A stretch of 63,998 nt of DNA, filler included, from Malassezia furfur (lineage: Eukaryota), in NCBI GenBank assembly GCA_052055015.1. It is 36 parts of 36 records of this genome, joined end to end, with 100 filler letters (N's around TTAATTAATTAA, not from the genome) between each part and the next. Parts side by side here need not be neighbours in the genome. Positions count along the whole stretch, not along the records: positions 58,993 to 60,615 come from JBQJIT010001095.1; positions 60,716 to 62,338 come from JBQJIT010001096.1; positions 62,439 to 63,998 come from JBQJIT010001114.1; 33 more parts are not named here. One strand, 5' to 3'. The translations under genes were made by a program, and so were the position numbers. The notes beneath the pieces were generated by a model. That model was not told where the DNA came from. It saw only the letters and a list, made by a program, of their open reading frames with translations, and ran no database searches. The number at the start of each line of letters is the position of its first letter. The first letter of the stretch is position 1. This document shows, in pieces, positions 58,993 through 63,998 of this stretch.

Positions 58993-60615
58993 ATACTGCC
59001 GCGTGGTCGCCCACGCGACGCTGTACACGGGCCCGTGGTCGACGCGTGCGACGCCCGCGTTCATGTCCCACGACGCGACGCACCGCCCGAGCGCCAGGTC
59101 CCACAGGCGCACCATGCCGTCGTCCGCGCCGGTGAGGAGCCACGTGCCGGTGGGGTCCGGCGCGGCGGTGCGCACGCGCCCCGCGTGCGCATACACCACG
59201 TCGGTGTGCGTCGGGAACGGGCGCAGCTCGCGCGGCGACGGGAGCTGCGGCAGCAGGTCCTCGGCGCGCTCGATGTCCAGGCGCTGCCGGCGCACGCGCG
59301 GCGCGAGGTACAGGTCGAGGCACCGCTGGAAGCGCTCCTGCACCGCCGCGTCGTAGCCGGGCACGAGCCGCAGCGCCGCGTACTTGGTCGGGATATAGGG
59401 CAGCTTGCGGTCCTCCGGGTCGGCCGCCTCCCACTCGGCGCGCTCCGCGTCGCTGAACAGGTACTCGGCCGGCGGGTTGTACGACTCGACGTGCGACGGC
59501 AGCGGGAGCTTGGGCGCGGGCATGTGCATCGCATGGTCCGCGCGCGCGACGTCCGCGTCGCTCCACAGGTTGTAGAACGGCGGGCGCTCCTTGCCGGGCG
59601 CGTGCGCGACGATGCGGCCCTGCCGGATCGCACGCACAATCTTCATCACCTTCTTGTGCTCCCACTTGCTCGGCACAAACCGGCTCTTGGGCTCGGGGCG
59701 CGCGCTCATGGGCGTCACCAGCTGGTGCTGCGTGAACCAGTCGGTGGCCGGCTCGTACGGGTCGTACGCATCGAGCGGGATCTCGGCACGCTGCAGCCGC
59801 CGGATGATGTCGAGCTCCTCGTCGGTGAGCCGCACGTCTTTGCCGCCCAGCTGGTCGCGCGCAGAGAAGTATGCATCGCCCTCGCCGTCCACCGTGTCCA
59901 GGAAGCGGTCGAGCTCGTCGCCCTGCGCGGGGCGCAGCACCCGCTTGCCGTTGATGTCGTAGCCGAGGTGCGGCAGATCGTCGTACCAGTGCAGCGGCAC
60001 ATTGCCGATGCGGTTCTCGGTCTCTTCGGTGCTCGAGTCGCTGTCGTACTCGGGCTCGATCTCGGGGTACGCCATCTTGTTCTCGCCGGTGATCGCCGAG
60101 CGCACCACGCGCCCACGGAACGAGCCGTCGTCGTTGCGCGCGTCGTCGTACAGGTGCGCCGCCTGCGCCCGGTCGATGCCCAGCCGGTTCGTGCTCGGCG
60201 CCCGCTCGTCGGGCTTTGCGCGTGCACGCGCAATCATGCGCGCGAGCGCCGCGTCGCCCTCTTCGGCGTCCGACAGGTCGCCGGGCGTGTCGGCGTCGCC
60301 ATACACTGCGTCAGAAGAAGACGTACGCTCGTCCTTCGCCTCGTCCCAGTCGTCGATCTCGTCGCTATCGAAGCCGGAGCCCGAGCCGGAGCCCGCGTCG
60401 CCCCCGTCCTCGTCGTCCTCCGCCTCCTCGTCGTCGTCGTCGTCCTGCGCGTCCAGCTCCGGGAACGGCTCTTCCTCCCCGTCGTCGTCCACCTCGGCGT
60501 CGTCCTCGTCGTCCAGCTCGAGCGACTGCGCAAGCGTGTCGAGACCCGGCTCAGGCTTCGCACGCCCGCGCGCCGCGGCCGGCGCCGCCAAGGCGCACGG
60601 CCACGGCGTGTTTCT
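58993..60615 (-). CDS. ERB1: Ribosome biogenesis protein Erb1/BOP1, N-terminal two-thirds
   Basis: Acidic N-terminus; YPEIEPEYDSDSSTEE, NRIGNVPLHWYDD, FVPSKWE, ESYNPPAEYL, ERFQRCLDLYLAPR, LPSPRELRPFP. Confidence 0.95.
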
Positions 60616-60715
60616 NNNNNNNNNNNNNNNNNNNNNNNNNNNNNNNNNNNNNNNNNNNNTTAATTAATTAANNNNNNNNNNNNNNNNNNNNNNNNNNNNN
60701 NNNNNNNNNNNNNNN

Positions 60716-62254
60716 ACGGCGGCGGCGTCTTGATGTCGAGGATCGCCGTCGCGACGCTCGCGACCTGCGGGCCGAAGCGGAAGCTCTGCGTGAGCTGGTA
60801 GTGCGCGCTTGGGGGGTAGACGCGCGGGTGGAACGCGGCGGCGCTGCCCCCGCGGAAGCCGTAGATCTTCTGGTGCACGTCGCCCACCACCACGATCGCA
60901 CACGCGCCGCGCGCACGCAGCAGGATCGCCGTCTGGCACGCCGACAGGTCCTGCGCCTCGTCGAGGAGCAGCGCGGTGTACTCGGCGAACGCGTGGCCCG
61001 TGCCGTGCAGCTGCAGCAGCTTGACGTACGCATCGTGTGGGCACGCGACCGGCGCGCCGCGCGGCGTGCGCCCGGCGCAGATCATGTCCCAGAGCGCCGC
61101 GGCGCACGCCGCGACGTCGGCGGGGCGCAGGTCGGTGTACTGCTGCAGCTGCCGCGGCACATGCTTCTCGGCACGCAGGTGCGCATCGGCAGACTGCAGG
61201 AAGCGGTCGAGCGTGCGCAGCACATAGGTTGCGACGGACGTCGGCGAGAGCTTGTCCGGCCGCGTGTCTTCGCGGAGGCGGCGGCCCTCGGGCAGCTGGC
61301 CGCGCAGCAGGTGCACCACGTCGCGCGGGCGCAGCGTGCCGAGCGCCTGGCCGTCGGGCAGCTGGACGTGCCGCAGCGCGACCGCATGCATCGTGCGGCA
61401 CTCGACGTTCGCCGGGAACTGCGCGCGCGCCGAGCGCGCGGTCGCCGCGTTGAAGGTGATGTACAAAAAGCGCGACGAGGGCCGCCGCTGCGCAAACGCG
61501 AGCAGGCAGCGGGTCTTGCCGGTCTGCGTGAGTAGACAGCACGTACACCGGCATACGCCTGCACACACACGAGGTCGTCGCGCTGCAGGGGGTGCGCGAC
61601 GAGCTGCTCCTGCTCGTCGGTGAGCGCACCGGGGGGTATCGGGGCGCGGCGCGGCGCAAAGAATGCGTCGAGCGCCGCGGCACACGCGGCGTCCAGCGCG
61701 TGCACCGTCTGGTGGTAGGGGCGCTGCGCCGCGCCGCTCGCAAAGTGCCGCGACACGCGCAGCACCGCGAAAAAGACGCGCGCGTAGCACAGCAGCTCGA
61801 CGGCGTCCGGCGCGTCGAAGCGCGCAAACGCGTCGTCCGCGTCGACGCGCCCGAGCACGAGTGCGCCAAAGAAGAGCTGCGCGGCGCCCGCGTCGACGAT
61901 CGTCTGCCGCGCCGCGCACGGCAGCAGCTCGTGCAGCTGCAGCGGCGGGCGCGCGAGGTGCAACGCCGCGAGCGCCTCGGTGTAGTGCTGCACGAGCGCG
62001 GCCTCCGCGCCGGGCACCTCGTCGCCCGTGCGCACGCCGCGCTCGTACGCGGCCTCGGCGTGCGCCCATTTGTGCCAGCGCTTGCGCCACGGCGCAAAGT
62101 GCGCCGCGTTCACAAACGGGCGCAGCCGCCGGTCCGCACACAGCAGGCACACCACGTCCGCCATCGACAGGTGCGCGAGCATCGCAAACACGGTGCGCCG
62201 CGGCATGCACTCGAGCAGCGTGCGCCGAGGCGCGTCGCGGCCCCGGACCTTCAT
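60716..62254 (-). CDS. FBH1: F-box DNA helicase Fbh1-like (UvrD/SF1); intron 61524-61546; 3' truncated
   Basis: F-box-like LLECMPRRTVFAMLAHLSMADVVCL; LTDEQ; Walker A VQAYAG|TGKT; LYITFN, CRTMHAVA, HDAYVKL, LLDEAQD, VGDVHQKIYGFRG, LTQSFRFG. Confidence 0.87.
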
Positions 62255-62582
62255 GGTCCGCGCGGCTGACTCAGCACCATGACCCCGGCGCGCTCGACGG
62301 CCCAGCTGCTCGACGCCGCGGCGCTCGCCGCGCGCGCGNNNNNNNNNNNNNNNNNNNNNNNNNNNNNNNNNNNNNNNNNNNNTTAATTAATTAANNNNNN
62401 NNNNNNNNNNNNNNNNNNNNNNNNNNNNNNNNNNNNNNGTGGCGGCGCCCGTGCGCAGCCCTGTTTAGTCATCGACGGGCTGTGTCCGTCGGCGGCCCAG
62501 GGCGCGCCTGGTTCGCCGCCGCGGCCGAGACGCGCGTGGTGGTTTGTGTCCTGCCTGTGCTTCGGCTGCTCCTTTGTGCGTG

Positions 62583-63998
62583 ATGGAGCGACGCTTTGGT
62601 GCTGCCCTTCCCGTGCCGCCCTCGGCGGCGTCCACGCACACGCCCGGCGCCGCGCCGCCTCTGGCCGCTGCGTCGCCTCTGGCCGCCTCGTCGCCCTTGG
62701 CCGCCACGTCGCCGCGCGCCGGCACCGGCATCGTGCGCGAAGGCGCCCCGCGGCGCATTCCCTTGAGCCCGCTGCGTGCGGCGCCTGCGCTGCAGCCGTC
62801 GCCGTCGCTGGTGCCGAGCGCGGCGCTCTCCTCGCCGAGCGCACACTCGGGCAACAACTCGCCGTTCCTGCACTGGGCCAACGAGCTGCCCGACGACCCG
62901 GTGCAGGCGTCGCATGTCATGCACCTGTACCCCGCGTCGCTTGCGCCGCCGTTCAGCCCGGGGCATGCGATGCACCGCACGCCCAGCGACGTGTCGCAGC
63001 CGCGCTCGCCGCACACGACGGGCCTCGGCTTGCAGCCTGGCGCGGCGCTGCCCCAGACGCCGTCCCGCTTGATACCCCCCGTGCTGGGCACCGCGCCGCG
63101 TGCGTCGCCGGAGCCGAGCATCTTTGAGCGCAACATTGAGCCGGCGAACCGCGCGCGCTCGCCACAGGAGGCGATCGACGCCTCGGTGCCGCCCGTGTTG
63201 GACGACGCGGCGAGTGCGATCGTCGACGATGCGAGCACCCTCGAGATCCTGCAGCCGGAGCACGCGGCGCACGTCGCGTCGCCGCCGCGCTCGCCCGGCA
63301 TGCGCATGCGCAGCGCCCACCTCTCGCCCGTCGGCACGGGCGCCTGGACGCCGACGCGCGGCTCGTCGCGCATGCGCCATTGGAGCGGCGGCCCGCCCGG
63401 CGAGAATGCGCCGGCCTCGCGCTCCGCCGCGCACCAGCAGCAGTTTGGGCGGCAGCACGGCCACCGGCGCCCGCTGTCGGATGCGTCGAACGTGTTTACG
63501 AGCCTGCCGGCCGCGCGCGAGGAGCGCAGCAGTGCGCTGCGGCCCCCGACGCCGCGCACGCCGCACACGCGCTCCTACTCGGTGCAGACGGCCACGAGCC
63601 CGAGCCTGAGTGTCGACGGGGCGATCATCCCCGGCAACGACGCGGCGACGATGGGGCATAGCCTCGACGGCCTCGCGGATGCATTTGTGCAGCTCGCCAC
63701 GACGCCGAGCGAGCCGCGCATGGTCACGACGCCCGGCTCGGTGTCATCGCCGCACGGCTCGTACTTTGCGCTGAGCCCCGACGAGGGGGCGCGCGGCGCG
63801 CTTGGCGCGGGTGCCGCGGGCGTCGCCAGCCCCGGCGCGATTCGGTACCGTGTGCTGGAGCGCGACGCGGCGCCCGCGGGCGACCACCTCCTGGACGCCG
63901 TCGCCCCCCCCCCCGCGCAGGAAGACGAGCAGGCGGGCCGCGGCGGGCCGTACCGTGTCTTGTCGCGCCTCGGCACGGGCGCCTTTAGCAAGGTGCTC
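62583..63998 (+). CDS. Ser/Thr protein kinase with a long disordered N-terminus; kinase domain starts at the window edge
   Basis: Not in the ORF track (no stop); frame open from MERRFGAAL through SIFERNIE...VPPVLDDAA to GPYRVLSRLGTGAFSKVL (glycine loop). Confidence 0.8.
   Translation, partial: MERRFGAALPVPPSAASTHTPGAAPPLAAASPLAASSPLAATSPRAGTGIVREGAPRRIPLSPLRAAPALQPSPSLVPSAALSSPSAHSGNNSPFLHWANELPDDPVQASHVMHLYPASLAPPFSPGHAMHRTPSDVSQPRSPHTTGLGLQPGAALPQTPSRLIPPVLGTAPRASPEPSIFERNIEPANRARSPQEAIDASVPPVLDDAASAIVDDASTLEILQPEHAAHVASPPRSPGMRMRSAHLSPVGTGAWTPTRGSSRMRHWSGGPPGENAPASRSAAHQQQFGRQHGHRRPLSDASNVFTSLPAAREERSSALRPPTPRTPHTRSYSVQTATSPSLSVDGAIIPGNDAATMGHSLDGLADAFVQLATTPSEPRMVTTPGSVSSPHGSYFALSPDEGARGALGAGAAGVASPGAIRYRVLERDAAPAGDHLLDAVAPPPAQEDEQAGRGGPYRVLSRLGTGAFSKVL

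Noticed and set aside
62265..62275. GCTGACTCAGC near-palindrome as a Gcn4/AP-1 site or a + strand intron end
   Set aside because: A single short match with no consensus donor upstream and no supporting context
1747..62438. Regularly spaced TTAATTAATTAA repeats as a CRISPR-like array or biological repeat
   Set aside because: Always centred in an identical 100-nt N block, and the flanking contigs fall steadily in length (1742, 1737, 1728 ... 1623), so these are concatenation linkers
1..63998. Gene cluster or pathway inferred from neighbouring genes across the window, for example NRPS beside FOX2 or the many cell-cycle genes
   Set aside because: Contigs are ordered by size, so adjacency across spacers means nothing; only pairs within one contig are informative
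1..63998. Bacterial origin (actinobacterial-like GC), tRNA/rRNA genes or transposons
   Set aside because: All recognisable proteins are eukaryotic and carry spliceosomal introns; no RNA-gene or transposase signature was seen

Overview
This is not one locus. It is 36 unlinked contigs of about 1.6-1.75 kb, sorted by decreasing length and joined by 35 artificial 100-nt spacers (N44-TTAATTAATTAA-N44). The DNA is from a very GC-rich, gene-dense basidiomycete yeast; the protein content and compactness suggest Malassezia (inference). About 45 mostly truncated eukaryotic genes are present, including MBP1-type APSES, SET1, CWH43, THO2, NOT3/5, a kinesin, NTA1, ATG1, 14-3-3, ASE1, RFC3, FRS2, an NRPS module, IST1, PRI1, FOX2, CFT2, RRN3, CDC40, BUR1, ERB1 and FBH1. 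The main signal the ORF track misses is a uniform class of 21-28-nt spliceosomal micro-introns (24 found by eye). They read GTRNGT...CT(G/C/T)AC-N1-3-YAG with no polypyrimidine tract, and removing them restores conserved catalytic motifs. Convergent genes also abut with 0-19 nt between stop codons, divergent genes share about 50-nt promoters, and TAG is strongly preferred as the stop codon. All identifications are by motif recognition only; no database search was run.
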